From NCBI GenBank assembly GCA_030390025.1, contig CM059432.1:72604001-72668000 (forward strand): a DNA stretch of 64,000 nt. The letters run 5' to 3'. Made by a program: the position numbers and the translations under genes. Positions 63,625 to 64,000 of the stretch are shown here, one piece after another. The number at the start of each line of letters is the position of its first letter. Position 1 is the first letter of the stretch. Below the pieces are notes generated by a model. It did not search any database and was not told the origin of the DNA. It saw only the letters and a list, made by a program, of their open reading frames with translations. The DNA is from Squalus acanthias (Eukaryota).

Positions 63625-63990
63625 TTCTATACCCACCCTACCTCCGAACCCATCTCCAGCCCTCTATATTCACAACCCACCTTTTCCATTCTCTGATTCT
63701 AGTCTGTTGTGTGTCCCTGACCCCTTTCTTTGCCCCACCATTGGCGGCAGAACCTTCAGCCTCCTGGATTCCACTTTCTGGCATTCTCTCCTTAAACCTT
63801 TCTGCCACTTCAGTTCCCTCTCCTCCTTTAAAAACCTTCTCAAAACCAAGTTTTGGTCACCCCTCCTAATCTTTCCTTTCCAGGCTTGCCGTCTGTTTTA
63901 CATATGCCCTTCTGTGGTGTGTTTTGGGACTTTTTTTTACATTAAGGCACTAGATAAAAGGAAGTAATTGTAGTTATACTTGTAGTATGT
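63625..63990 (+). mobile_element. Old L2 3' end
   Basis: TIGGRTFS, degenerate L2 tail. Confidence 0.7.
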
Positions 63991-64000
63991 GTTGCATGTT

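Noticed and set aside
1..64000. CRISPR arrays, rRNA or prokaryotic systems
   Set aside because: No repeat-spacer arrays or operons; eukaryotic TE-rich DNA

Overview
Repeat-dominated vertebrate DNA, most likely from a shark or other chondrichthyan (inferred from HE1/V-SINE-like and SacSINE1/DeuSINE-like SINEs). Most of the window is nested, decayed mobile DNA. Non-LTR elements: many CR1 LINEs (SGNH-esterase ORF1 plus APE-RT ORF2), a second LINE family called LINE-A here, L2 elements, and three SINE types whose tails each match a LINE in the window. DNA transposons: two near-complete PIF/Harbinger elements (DDE transposase plus a convergent three-exon Myb/SANT gene) with related MITEs, a hAT deletion derivative and a Tigger-like MITE. 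The most unusual feature is a defective endogenous retrovirus-like element (~14.1-19.0 kb). It has a CCHC Gag, a retrovirus-type RNase H, an HHCC-DDE-GPY integrase and an env with a splice acceptor, whose cysteine pattern resembles foamy-virus TM or F-like fusogens. Host-gene traces are tentative: a 38-nt exon, terminal exon and polyA site on the minus strand (33.3 to 26.6 kb), and a probable first coding exon on the plus strand near 46.8 kb. All calls are from manual reading; no database searches were run.
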